Shown: one piece after another, positions 10,017 through 19,107 of the stretch
Position numbering within the stretch: the stretch's first letter is position 1
Layout of the letters: the number at the start of each line of letters is the position of its first letter
Source of the DNA: Planctomycetota bacterium
Lineage (GTDB): Bacteria > Planctomycetota > UBA1135 > UBA2386
Length of the DNA stretch: 64,000 nt
Reading direction: 5' to 3'
Assembly (NCBI GenBank): GCA_016235155.1
Contig: JACRLW010000025.1
Coordinates: 2,504-66,503, forward strand
Program-made: the position numbers and the translations under genes
Notes under the pieces: model-generated
Told to the model about the DNA's origin: nothing
The model's input: only the letters and a program-made list of their open reading frames with translations
Database searches by the model: none

Positions 10017-12371
10017 CTACCGGTTGTGCGGATAGAGGAACGGCGCCACGTAGTACCACTTGTTCCAACGGAGATCGTCGGACACCGGTTGCGGGTAGAG
10101 CTTGGCGAGCTGCCACGCGATGCGATCGCGGGTCGCCGCAGTTCGCGCGTAGTCGCCCATCAGAGAGAGCCCCGCGACGAACATGGAGTTGACGCTGCCC
10201 AACGGCTCGCCAGGGAGCACTGCGCCGTATGCCGGGTCGGCGTCGCGGTAGTTGGCGGGAACGTGCTGCCCGTCGACACGCAAGGGCGTCGCATAGCGGA
10301 TCGAGTCGACGGTGTACTGCCCGGTGCGCGGATTGGTGTAGTTGCTGACCCAGGAGTAATCGATGGCAACCACGACGTCCTCCGCGATGTCGAGCGCCTC
10401 CGTGGATCCGAACCAGCGATAGGCCCCGAGATAACCGAGCATCACCGAGCCCATCTGCCAGGCCGCGCAGGTGGTCGTGTTCGGCCCGACCCCATTGCGG
10501 GGGTCATAGCTCTGCTCGAACAGCGGGCGGCCGGGATGATCACGCCAGCGCTGCGTGTTGACGATCTCGCGGATGCGGCGGTTGGCGTAGTCCTTCGTCG
10601 CGGCGTCGCCGGTTGCGAGGTAGGCCTGCACGAAGCCGACCATTGCCCAACCCTCGGCTCGTGCCGGCTGCACGTAGGCGCTCCAGTAGCCGGTGAGGCG
10701 CATGGCACTCTTGAGGCTCTGACCGATCTGACGGAGTTCCTCGCGCGCCCAATGGTCACCGGACACGGTCCAGTAATCGAAGAGCAGGTCGGTGGTCCAG
10801 TGCTCCATGTCGTACCCGTAGAAGCCGTGGTTCCGGAAGTCGACGCGCGTCCGGAGTTGCGGGTACGGGTCGTTGCGATACAGAGCGCGCCGGCCGAGGC
10901 TCTCCCTCGAGATGTCCGAGGTGTTCGGGTTCATCACCATCGGGATCCACAGGCAGAGATCCTGTTCGGCACCCACCGTGAGTCCGTAGAGGTGGTACGG
11001 GCGGACGGCTTGGACCCAGCCCTTGCACTCCAGGACGACCATGAGGTCGCGGGAGCGGGCCTGGACCGCATGCGCGAGGTCCGCGCCGAGGGGTCCATTG
11101 CGTGGCGTGCCCGTCGTGTGGGTGTCGGGAACGTCGCCGAAGTCGCCCCAGGTGCCGAAGTGCCCGCCGTTCAGCCAGCGGTCGTACTCTTCCGCAGCGC
11201 GAGTCGCCGCGTCGGCCGGACCGTCGATCGGACCGCCATGAAGTCCGAGGCCCGCCGACTTCTGGCAGGTCGGCAGGTCGCAGATCGGATAGAGGGGCGC
11301 CGTGACGCGCGCCGTGAAGCTCGTCTGCCAGCGTCGCTTGACCTCATCCGTGGCACCCGGGTGCTGGACGCGCAGATGGAAGCGGTACCGACGGGTCTGG
11401 CAGTCGTCGAAGTGGGTGTCCGTCATCGTACGAAACCGGACCCACTCGCCCTCGACGACCGGCGCCTGGATCTCGTTCCACTCCGGACGGTATGCCCTCA
11501 CCTCGTCCGCGCCTTTCACGAGCAACGACGCCTCGTTCACGTCGACGCCGCCCAACACGTAGAGGTTCGGGTCCGTGCTGCCGGCCGGGTTGTCGGCGCC
11601 GTGGTAGTCGTCGCCGAGGATCCAGTCGACGGTCACAGAGGGGATGTCGCGGAACTCGTACACGTAGAACGTCGACGTGAGGAAGTCGCGCGTGATGCCG
11701 CCCGTGCCCGTCTTGTAGTGATAGAGCCGCTTCCGCGTGACCCGGACGAGCGGAGTCTCGCTGAGGACCGCGCCGCCCAGGACCGTGGTCTGGGCCTCAT
11801 AGGCGTTGTTGTTGATGTCGCGCACACGGGGTCGCACGAACAGCCGATCGCCGAATTGCGCGAGCCACTCGTTCGGCGTGAACGATCCCACCAGCGGCGT
11901 GACGTCACGGACGACGTCGTACGACTTCGTCTCGCTCGGCGCGAAGTCGTCGGTGAACTGGGCTTGCGCGACGCGCACCGTTCCGTCCGGCCAGGTCTGC
12001 ATCGGCATCCAGGCGGTCGCACGACCGCTGACGCCGACGTTGTCCAGGTTCGCGATCATGCCGATCGGGAACAGGACACTGGCAAGCACGGTGTCGGTGC
12101 GAGTGTCGGTCGACACGCTCTGCACGTCGAAACGCGGCGTGATCACGAGGCGCTGGCCCGTGCCGCCCCCGCCACCACCACCGCCACCGCCGCCACCACC
12201 ACCACCCCCGCCACCGCCCCCCGTGCCGCCGCCCGACGGACTCGAGCCGCCGCCGCAGGCCGAGAGGCACGCAAGCGCGACGCCGATCGCGGCGCGCAGC
12301 GCGCCCGAACGATGAGAATGGCCGTCGAATCGCGACGCCCTGGTCGAGCCTTGCTGTGTGCAGTCTTGCAT
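10017..12371 (-). CDS. Lipoprotein with poly-Gly linker, PcRGLX/YetA-like (putative polysaccharide lyase-like alpha/alpha toroid)
   Basis: AGGAGG RBS 6 nt before ATG; lipobox LSAC; TVLASVLFPIG...QTWPDGTVRVA; C-terminal RAEGWAMV..AYLATGD. Confidence 0.6.
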   Translation of the reverse strand: MQDCTQQGSTRASRFDGHSHRSGALRAAIGVALACLSACGGGSSPSGGGTGGGGGGGGGGGGGGGGGGGGTGQRLVITPRFDVQSVSTDTRTDTVLASVLFPIGMIANLDNVGVSGRATAWMPMQTWPDGTVRVAQAQFTDDFAPSETKSYDVVRDVTPLVGSFTPNEWLAQFGDRLFVRPRVRDINNNAYEAQTTVLGGAVLSETPLVRVTRKRLYHYKTGTGGITRDFLTSTFYVYEFRDIPSVTVDWILGDDYHGADNPAGSTDPNLYVLGGVDVNEASLLVKGADEVRAYRPEWNEIQAPVVEGEWVRFRTMTDTHFDDCQTRRYRFHLRVQHPGATDEVKRRWQTSFTARVTAPLYPICDLPTCQKSAGLGLHGGPIDGPADAATRAAEEYDRWLNGGHFGTWGDFGDVPDTHTTGTPRNGPLGADLAHAVQARSRDLMVVLECKGWVQAVRPYHLYGLTVGAEQDLCLWIPMVMNPNTSDISRESLGRRALYRNDPYPQLRTRVDFRNHGFYGYDMEHWTTDLLFDYWTVSGDHWAREELRQIGQSLKSAMRLTGYWSAYVQPARAEGWAMVGFVQAYLATGDAATKDYANRRIREIVNTQRWRDHPGRPLFEQSYDPRNGVGPNTTTCAAWQMGSVMLGYLGAYRWFGSTEALDIAEDVVVAIDYSWVSNYTNPRTGQYTVDSIRYATPLRVDGQHVPANYRDADPAYGAVLPGEPLGSVNSMFVAGLSLMGDYARTAATRDRIAWQLAKLYPQPVSDDLRWNKWYYVAPFLYPHNR
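12162..12221 (-). repeat. GGN codon run encoding 20 consecutive glycines
   Basis: gcc/acc/ccc triplets on + strand, 60 nt. Confidence 0.9.
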
Positions 12372-12514
12372 CGTCATCCTCCTGGTTTCGTCGAAGTCCC
12401 GGGCACTGTTTCGGCAGACGCGGTCGGTTGCTGGATGACGGCACGACAGGTCGGTTGGAATCGCGTCCTCGATCGGGAGTCGCTCCACGAGCGGGCGGTG
12501 CCACGGTCCGCCGG

Positions 12515-14053
12515 TCACTCGCGCCTTCCGTCCCGATCCAAGCCATGCGCCGGGAGGAGCTGGGCTTGCAAGTGCTCGAGGAATGCCTCCGTCCCCAGTT
12601 CTCGGCCGGTGCCCGCGATCAGGAGTTCACGGGGCGTGAGGGTCGCGCCCGGTGAATGCACACGCCGTCGCAACCAGGAGAGCAGCGGCCCGAACTCGCC
12701 GGCCGCGAACGCGGCGTCGAGGTCGCCGAGTTCGGCGCGCGCGCTCGCCATCCACTGCGCGGCGGCGAGGTTGCCGAGGGTGTAGGTCGGGAAGTAGCCG
12801 AACAGGCCAGCCGACCAATGGACGTCCTGTAGGCAGCCGGAGCGGTCGTCGGGCACGAGGACACCGAGCACCTCCTTGTAGAGCGCGTTCCAACGCCCGG
12901 GCAGGTCGGCGACGGACAGGCTGCCGTCGAGCAATTCCTGCTCGATCGCAAAGCGGATCGCGACGTGCAGATCGTAGGTCGCCTCGTCGGCGTCGACGCG
13001 GATCAACGACGGTTCGACGCGCCATGCGGCATGCGCGAGCGCTGCCGCCGAGTGCACGCGCTCGCTCGTGCCCGCGTGGCGGCGCAAGCGCGGCGCACAC
13101 CATTCCCAGAACGCGGCGCTGCGGCCGACGTGGTTCTCCCACAGTCGACTCTGGCTCTCGTGGATGCCGAGCGACGCGGCCTGTCCCGCGGGCAGCCCGG
13201 CCGCCGTGACGGACAGTCCCTGTTCGTAGAGCCCGTGACCGACTTCGTGGATGGTCGAGTAGAGCGCGTCGAAGAGATCGCACTCGTGAAAGCGCGTCGT
13301 GATGCGTACGTCGTTCGCGTGAGTCCCGCTCGTGAACGGGTGCGAAGAACGGTCGAGACGTCCCCGCGCGAAATCGAAACCGAGCGCTCTCGCGACTTCG
13401 TTCACGAACGCCTCCTGCGCGGCGATCGGCACGGGCACGCGGCGAGCCGAGTCGTCGGGTCGTCGCGGTGACGCGACGCAGCGCCGGACGAGTGCCGTCT
13501 GCCGCGGCACGAGATCCGCGAACAACGCACGGAGCTCGCGTGCGCGGACCCCGGGTTCGAAGTCCTCGGCGAGTGCGTCCCAGGTCTCGCCGCCTGCCGG
13601 CGTTCCGAATGCGGCAGCTTTCGCGCGCGCAAGTCCGACCAGCCGTTCGAGCCAGGGCCGGAACGCCGGGAAGTCGTTCGCGGCGCGTGCGGCCGCCCAG
13701 TGCGACTGCGCGTTCGCCTCGACGAACGCGCACTCCGCCACGAGGGCGGAAGGGAGCTTCCGCTTGCGATCGATTCGCCGCCGTAACTCCCTGAGGCTCG
13801 CGCGCTGCACCTCGGTCGCACCGCCCGCCCGCGCGATCTCCTCGCTCGCCGTCAGGTCATCGTCGAGGGCCGGGTCGATGCTGCGTTCGTGGCTCAACCG
13901 TGCGAGCAGCGCCTGGGCGTCGGCCCGTTGCGCGAGTCCTTGCTCGGGCATGCCGACCTCGCGATCCCAGGCGAGAAGGTCCGAGGACGCGTCCAGGAGG
14001 TGGATCTCGCGCAGTCGGGCGACGAGGCGAGCCCAGGCGGTGTCGAACGTCAT
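12515..14053 (-). CDS. Carboxypeptidase M32 (Taq-like)
   Basis: HPF, DVRITTR, HEVGH (HExxH), HESQS, IRVDADE, GCLQDVHWS, GYFPTYTLGN. Confidence 0.95.
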   Translation of the reverse strand: MTFDTAWARLVARLREIHLLDASSDLLAWDREVGMPEQGLAQRADAQALLARLSHERSIDPALDDDLTASEEIARAGGATEVQRASLRELRRRIDRKRKLPSALVAECAFVEANAQSHWAAARAANDFPAFRPWLERLVGLARAKAAAFGTPAGGETWDALAEDFEPGVRARELRALFADLVPRQTALVRRCVASPRRPDDSARRVPVPIAAQEAFVNEVARALGFDFARGRLDRSSHPFTSGTHANDVRITTRFHECDLFDALYSTIHEVGHGLYEQGLSVTAAGLPAGQAASLGIHESQSRLWENHVGRSAAFWEWCAPRLRRHAGTSERVHSAAALAHAAWRVEPSLIRVDADEATYDLHVAIRFAIEQELLDGSLSVADLPGRWNALYKEVLGVLVPDDRSGCLQDVHWSAGLFGYFPTYTLGNLAAAQWMASARAELGDLDAAFAAGEFGPLLSWLRRRVHSPGATLTPRELLIAGTGRELGTEAFLEHLQAQLLPAHGLDRDGRRE

Positions 14054-14117
14054 CGGGTGGGTGGGCGGCGGCGAACGGCGTCGATACGCGGTGCGCCTCG
14101 ACGGAGGGCGGACCACT

Positions 14118-15263
14118 ATGCCGGGAGCGGATGTCCCCGGCGCGAGTCGGTCGATAGAGTGCGCGCTCGTGCGTCCGGCTCGTCCAGCCTGGCTTGCGTG
14201 GTTCACGCTCGGTCCGCTCTTCGTGGCGACGGGTGCCGCGTGCGGTTTCCTTCTCCGCCCGATGGCCGTGCCCGCCCCGAGCCCGGTCCAGGAGACCGCG
14301 CGGATCACCGGCGTGCCGAGCCTCGCGCCGATCGTCGAGCGAGTGCGAGATGCGGTGGTCGGAATCCGCGCGGTCCAGATTCCCGGCGCGGGCGCGCCGG
14401 CGGCGGATGCGCACGAGGTGCAGGACGGCGAGACCCGCGGCACCGGATTCCTCTTCGATCCCGCCGGCCTGGTGCTCACGGCCCACCATCTCGTCGTCGC
14501 AGCTCAGCGGATCGAGGTCGAGGTCGCCGGCGCGGGAACGCTCGCCGCGACGCTGGTGGGCGACGATGCCTCGACCGATCTCGCGGTTCTGCGCATCGAC
14601 GCGCCGCCGGGTCCGCTGCCGTGTGTCGCCATCGCGACGACCGACGACGTGCAGCAGGGTGATTGGATCTTCACCATCGGCAACCCGCTGAGCTTCAAGC
14701 GCACCGTCGGCGCGGGGGTCGTCGGCTACGTCGGTCGCCACCTGCTGCACGACGGCCTACCGGTCACCAACGAGTACCTCCAATACAGCGCTCCCGTACA
14801 CGCCGGTTCGTCGGGCAGCCCGGTCTTCGATCTCCATGGGCGCGTGATCGGCGTCACGACGCGCGCTGCGGTCGACGGTGACGGCCTCGGGTTCGCCGTC
14901 GGCGGTCGCACGATCCGCAACGTGCTCTCGGCGATGGAACGCGACGCGGGTCGTGTGCGCCGGGCGCGCCTCGGCATCGCATTTCGCGAGCGGGTTCCCG
15001 AGCGTGGTTCTGTCCTGATCGAAGTGACCCAGGTCGCGAAGGGACAGCCGGCCGAGCGAGCAGGGCTGCGCGTCGGAGACGTCATCCGCTCGCTCGATTC
15101 GCAGCCGCTGGCGAGCGCGTTCGACTTCTATGACCGCGTGACCTGGTCGGAACCGGGCCGCGAGGTCCTCCTCGGCGTCGAACGGGAGGGTCGAGTGCTC
15201 GGGCCTCTCGCCGTCGCCCTCGGCGAACTCGGTCCGCGCGACCCCGGCTCGCAGCCGCAATGA
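14118..15263 (+). CDS. HtrA/DegP-like S1C serine protease with one PDZ domain
   Basis: GTGFLFD, LTAHHLV, TDLAVL, GNPLS, AGSSGSP; PDZ PAERAGLRVGDVI; start uncertain. Confidence 0.88.
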   Translation: MPGADVPGASRSIECALVRPARPAWLAWFTLGPLFVATGAACGFLLRPMAVPAPSPVQETARITGVPSLAPIVERVRDAVVGIRAVQIPGAGAPAADAHEVQDGETRGTGFLFDPAGLVLTAHHLVVAAQRIEVEVAGAGTLAATLVGDDASTDLAVLRIDAPPGPLPCVAIATTDDVQQGDWIFTIGNPLSFKRTVGAGVVGYVGRHLLHDGLPVTNEYLQYSAPVHAGSSGSPVFDLHGRVIGVTTRAAVDGDGLGFAVGGRTIRNVLSAMERDAGRVRRARLGIAFRERVPERGSVLIEVTQVAKGQPAERAGLRVGDVIRSLDSQPLASAFDFYDRVTWSEPGREVLLGVEREGRVLGPLAVALGELGPRDPGSQPQ

Positions 15264-15946
15264 CGCCCCAAGGCGGCGCGATGAACCTCGAAACCAGCCC
15301 ACCTCCCGCGCCGCCTCCCTCCCAGTTCGCCGACGCCTTGCTGCTCGACTTCGTCGCACCGGGACTGTTGCACTCCCTCGGCAACCAGCTCTTCGCGATC
15401 CAGGGCAGCGCGCACGTGCTCGGCGCGAGCAAGCAGACCGGCCGCTTCCGCGAGACCATCCTGGAAGCCTGCGGCAAGGCCGAACATGCGCTCGAGGTCC
15501 TGCGACACGCCGGTCCGGCGACGGCAGATCCGCCGCGAGTCGAGCAGGCGGGCATCTTGCTGGTTCGCCTCGCCGACGTCTGCCGGGTGCCGTTGCGCGA
15601 ACGCGGCGTGCGACTCGAACTCGCTCACAGTTCGAAGGACTCACCGCGCCGTGTCGACGCGCGGACTTTCGTGCGCGCCCTGTGCGAGATCCTCCGCTGT
15701 GTCGCCCTCGAGGTGCCGGCTTGCTACGCGGGGGAACTCCGCCTGGATCTCAGCGACCAGCGCGGGGCCGGCGTCGCCGTCGACCTCGCGCTCCGCGCCG
15801 ATCCGGGCTGCCTACCCTTCCGGATCGGGATGACCGCCGCCCGCGCGGGTTCCGCAGGCGTACTCGACTCGCTCGCCGTCGGCGTGGACGAACTCGCGGT
15901 CGATTGCCTGCGCCTGCGCATCCCCGCGACGGGTGCCACGGCCTGA
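15260..15946 (+). CDS. Histidine-kinase-like protein with H-box but degenerate ATPase domain
   Basis: GLLHSLGNQLFAIQG resembles a HisKA H-box; no N/G1/G2 boxes; ATGA-coupled to the protease. Confidence 0.55.
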   Translation: MTPQGGAMNLETSPPPAPPPSQFADALLLDFVAPGLLHSLGNQLFAIQGSAHVLGASKQTGRFRETILEACGKAEHALEVLRHAGPATADPPRVEQAGILLVRLADVCRVPLRERGVRLELAHSSKDSPRRVDARTFVRALCEILRCVALEVPACYAGELRLDLSDQRGAGVAVDLALRADPGCLPFRIGMTAARAGSAGVLDSLAVGVDELAVDCLRLRIPATGATA

Positions 15947-16004
15947 TCGGCGCTCAAGCCTTCGCTGTCATCGGCCGATCAGGAGGGGGGACATTCGCTC
16001 CCCG

Positions 16005-17357
16005 ATGACGCTCGCCGCCACGACCCGAGTCCCCGCGCCCAAGGCGCTCCGCGCGGCGTCCAGCACGGCGATCCCCACGGCGCCGCGGGCTCTTGACGCC
16101 GGGTCGCTCGGCGTCGCGTTGCGGGTCGCCGCGCTGGGACTGACGACGGTGCTCGGGTTCGTCCTGGCGCGCTGGCTCGGGCCGGCCGAACTCGGTCGCT
16201 ACGAAGCGGCGATGGGCTGGTCCGCGCTGCTCGCGGTGCTGATCGTCGCGGGAACGGATCGACTGCTCGTCCGCGAGACGGCCGCTGGAATCGCGCGCGA
16301 GGACCACGCACGGGTCCGCCGCGTACGAGCGTGGAGCGCCCTGCGGCTGCGCAACGGGACGCTTCTGGCGATCGGCGCGGGAGGAGTCGCCGCCGCGTTC
16401 GCCGGCGACGTGGCGAGCGCGTCGCTGGTCCTCTCCGGTGCGATCCTCGCCGCGGGAACCGCCGGGACGCGCCGGCGCGCCGCGATCCTGCAGGGCCTCG
16501 GCCGGGTCGGTGCGTCGCAGTTCGTCGAACTCGTCCTGGTGCCCGGGCTCGCTCTGGTCGCGATCGCCGGTGCGGTGCTTGCCGGTGCCGTCGCACGCTC
16601 GGCGTCGGCCGCCCTCGCCTGCCAGGCCTTCGCCGCGGTCACGGCGTTCCTCGTCGCCCGGGCGTGGCTCGTCCGGAGCACGACGGACGAGGGCGGTCGC
16701 GCGCTAGCGGACGGTGAGCTCCGCGCCTGGCGCACGACGTCGTTCGCGCTCCTGGCGATGGGCGTCCTGTCGGTGCTGCAGGGCAAGGCGGACATCGTGC
16801 TCTGCGCCGCCCTGACCGGCGACGCGGAGATCGGCCGGTTGGGAGTCGCGACGCGGATCGGGAACCTCGTCGCCGTGCCCTTGCTGGTCGCGAACGCGGT
16901 GATCGCTCCGCAACTCGCGCGCGCGCACGCGCAGGGCGACGCAACCGGATTGGCGCGGATCGCGGTCGGGTCGGCGCGCCGTGCGTCGGGATTCGCCGCG
17001 GTCCTCGCCGCGGGGGCGCTGCTCTTCGCCGATCCCCTCCTCGCCCTGTTCGGCACCGGCTACGGCGACGCGAGACCGGCCCTCTTCGCGGTCGTCGTCG
17101 CGCAACTCGTGAACGTGGCGATGGGGTCCGTTGGGCTCGCGTTGCTGATGACCGGACACGAACGCAGCGCTCTCGTCGGACTGGTCGCGGGCGTCCTCGT
17201 GGATCTCGTCGGAATCGTGTGGCTCGTGCCGCAGCACGGCGCGTTCGGCGCCGCCCTCGCGCGTGGGGCGGGCCTCGTCGTCTGGAACGTGCTGCTCGCG
17301 ATCGCCGTGCGGCGACGGCTCGGCGTCGCGATCGAGGCCTGGACGGTGATCCGATGA
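16005..17357 (+). CDS. Wzx-type oligosaccharide flippase
   Basis: LARWLGPAELGRY; ADIVL; LLMTGHER; LVPQHGAFGAALA. Confidence 0.88.
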   Translation: MTLAATTRVPAPKALRAASSTAIPTAPRALDAGSLGVALRVAALGLTTVLGFVLARWLGPAELGRYEAAMGWSALLAVLIVAGTDRLLVRETAAGIAREDHARVRRVRAWSALRLRNGTLLAIGAGGVAAAFAGDVASASLVLSGAILAAGTAGTRRRAAILQGLGRVGASQFVELVLVPGLALVAIAGAVLAGAVARSASAALACQAFAAVTAFLVARAWLVRSTTDEGGRALADGELRAWRTTSFALLAMGVLSVLQGKADIVLCAALTGDAEIGRLGVATRIGNLVAVPLLVANAVIAPQLARAHAQGDATGLARIAVGSARRASGFAAVLAAGALLFADPLLALFGTGYGDARPALFAVVVAQLVNVAMGSVGLALLMTGHERSALVGLVAGVLVDLVGIVWLVPQHGAFGAALARGAGLVVWNVLLAIAVRRRLGVAIEAWTVIR

Positions 17358-18280
17358 GCTCGACGCGCGGTCCCTCGTTCTTCGTCGTCGGCGCGCCGAA
17401 GTGCGGCACGACCGCGCTGCAGGACTACCTCGGGCAGTCGCCGGCGGTCTTCTTCCCGCAGGGGAAGGAGTTCCATCACTTCGCCGACGACCTGCTTCGA
17501 CCCGACGATCCGCTTCTCGATCGCGATCGCTATCTCGCGCTGTTCGCGGGCGCATCGGCGTCGCAGGTGATCGGCGAAGTCTCGGCGTTCCATCTGTTCT
17601 CGACCGCCGCGGCGACCAATCTCCGCGCCTACCGGCACGACGCTCGCATCCTCCTGATGCTGCGCAACCCCCTCGACGTGGTCCCCGCGCTGCACGCCCA
17701 ACTGGTCTTCAACGGCGAGGAACCGCTCACGTCCCTCGAAGCCGCGCTCGACGCCGAGCCCGCGCGTCGCCGCGGCCAGGCGATCCCGCCGCGCGCCCGA
17801 TTCGGCCGCAAGCTGTGCTATGTCGACGTTGCGCGCTTCACCGACCAGGTGCGACGATTCCTCGACGCGTTCCAGCACGTCCACGTGATCTGGCACGACG
17901 ACTTCCGGCGCGACACCGGCGGAGAAGTCGCGCGTGCCGCGGCGTTCCTCGGCGTCGATCCCTCGTTCCCCGTGACCCTTCCGGTGGTCAACGCCAACCA
18001 ACGGGTGCGGAGCCGCGCCGTGCAGGAACTCCTGCTCGCTCCACCGGCCCCGCTCGTCGCGCTCGGGCGACGGCTGGTCCCCAAGCGGCTGCTGCTGGCC
18101 GCGCGCCGCGTGTTGATGCGCGTCAACGCCGTGGAACAACCCCGCGAACCGTTGCCCGCACGCCTGAGGGAGCGGCTCCTCGGTGAGCTCGCGCCGGACG
18201 TCGAACGCCTCGGTCGCCTGCTCGGCCGGGATCTCTCCGCATGGATCGCGACGCCGCAGAGCGCGCGCGCGAACCGATGA
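17354..18280 (+). CDS. Sulfotransferase
   Basis: 5'-PSB FFVVGAPKCGTTAL; KEFHHF; ILLMLRNP. Confidence 0.92.
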   Translation: MSSTRGPSFFVVGAPKCGTTALQDYLGQSPAVFFPQGKEFHHFADDLLRPDDPLLDRDRYLALFAGASASQVIGEVSAFHLFSTAAATNLRAYRHDARILLMLRNPLDVVPALHAQLVFNGEEPLTSLEAALDAEPARRRGQAIPPRARFGRKLCYVDVARFTDQVRRFLDAFQHVHVIWHDDFRRDTGGEVARAAAFLGVDPSFPVTLPVVNANQRVRSRAVQELLLAPPAPLVALGRRLVPKRLLLAARRVLMRVNAVEQPREPLPARLRERLLGELAPDVERLGRLLGRDLSAWIATPQSARANR

Positions 18281-19107
18281 CCATGGACCTCGAACGGATC
18301 ACGACCGAGCCCGTCGACCACCACGACCCGTTCGGGCGCGGCGACTACCTCTCGATCGAGCACGTCGAACGCTATCGCTTCGCGACCGCACGGCTCGCGC
18401 CCGGTACACGCGTCCTCGACCTCGCGTGCGGAGCGGGCTACGGCACCGCGCTGCTTGCCGTCCACGGCTGCACCGTGACCGGCGTCGATTGCGATCCGCG
18501 CACCGTGTCGATCGCGCGCGAGGCCTTCCCGGCCGGCGACTTCCAGTGCGCCGATGCGCGCGAACTGCCCTTTGCCGACGCGAGCTTCGATGCGGTCGTG
18601 AGCTTCGAGACGATCGAACACGTCCGCGACGGCGAGCGTTTCCTGCGCGAGTTGCGCCGCGTCCTGCGACCGGGCGGCAGGTTGATCGCGTCGACTCCGA
18701 ACGTCGCGTACACCGCCCACCCGGTCTTCCACGTGCGCGAGTACTGCCCCGCCGAGTTCTTCATGCTGGTCGAGCGGGTCTTCGGCGCGACCGAGCGGCT
18801 CGGGCAGTACGTGCGCCTCGACGATCGGCTGACCGACCTCTACCGCTGGCACGTGAAGCCGGCGCTGCTCGCGGCGGCGCAGGCGATGGGGGTCCGGCAA
18901 CTCGTGCGCCGCATGAAGAGCCGGCCGGACACGCCGGGCACGCCGGGCACGCCGGGCACGCCGGCGCCCGACTCGCGCATCGCCGCGCTGCGCACGCTGC
19001 TCGCCGAACCGCCGCATCGCGAGCACGGCGTTCGCGCCTGGTCCGGCGATCGGCTGCTGCGGATCATGGTCGCGGTCGCGTCGCACCACGCCGGAGGACG
19101 GGAATGA
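18277..19107 (+). CDS. Class I SAM-dependent methyltransferase (glycan-modifying type)
   Basis: EHVERYRFA, VLDLACGAGYG, FDAVVSFETIEHV, HVREY. Confidence 0.92.
   Translation: MTMDLERITTEPVDHHDPFGRGDYLSIEHVERYRFATARLAPGTRVLDLACGAGYGTALLAVHGCTVTGVDCDPRTVSIAREAFPAGDFQCADARELPFADASFDAVVSFETIEHVRDGERFLRELRRVLRPGGRLIASTPNVAYTAHPVFHVREYCPAEFFMLVERVFGATERLGQYVRLDDRLTDLYRWHVKPALLAAAQAMGVRQLVRRMKSRPDTPGTPGTPGTPAPDSRIAALRTLLAEPPHREHGVRAWSGDRLLRIMVAVASHHAGGRE
18930..18964 (+). repeat. 9-bp tandem repeat (CACGCCGGG, about 4 copies) encoding TPG repeats
   Basis: cacgccggg cacgccggg cacgccggg cacgccgg. Confidence 0.85.

Noticed and set aside
12485-12505. Sigma-54 promoter (TGGCAC on minus strand)
   Set aside because: No TTGC at the -12 position
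9633-12785. 1050-aa + strand ORF (also 7978-9993, 25017-28280, 29879-31939, 33707-36217, 40249-42480 and similar)
   Set aside because: Antisense or off-frame shadows of well-supported genes; expected in GC-rich DNA; Arg-rich with no motifs
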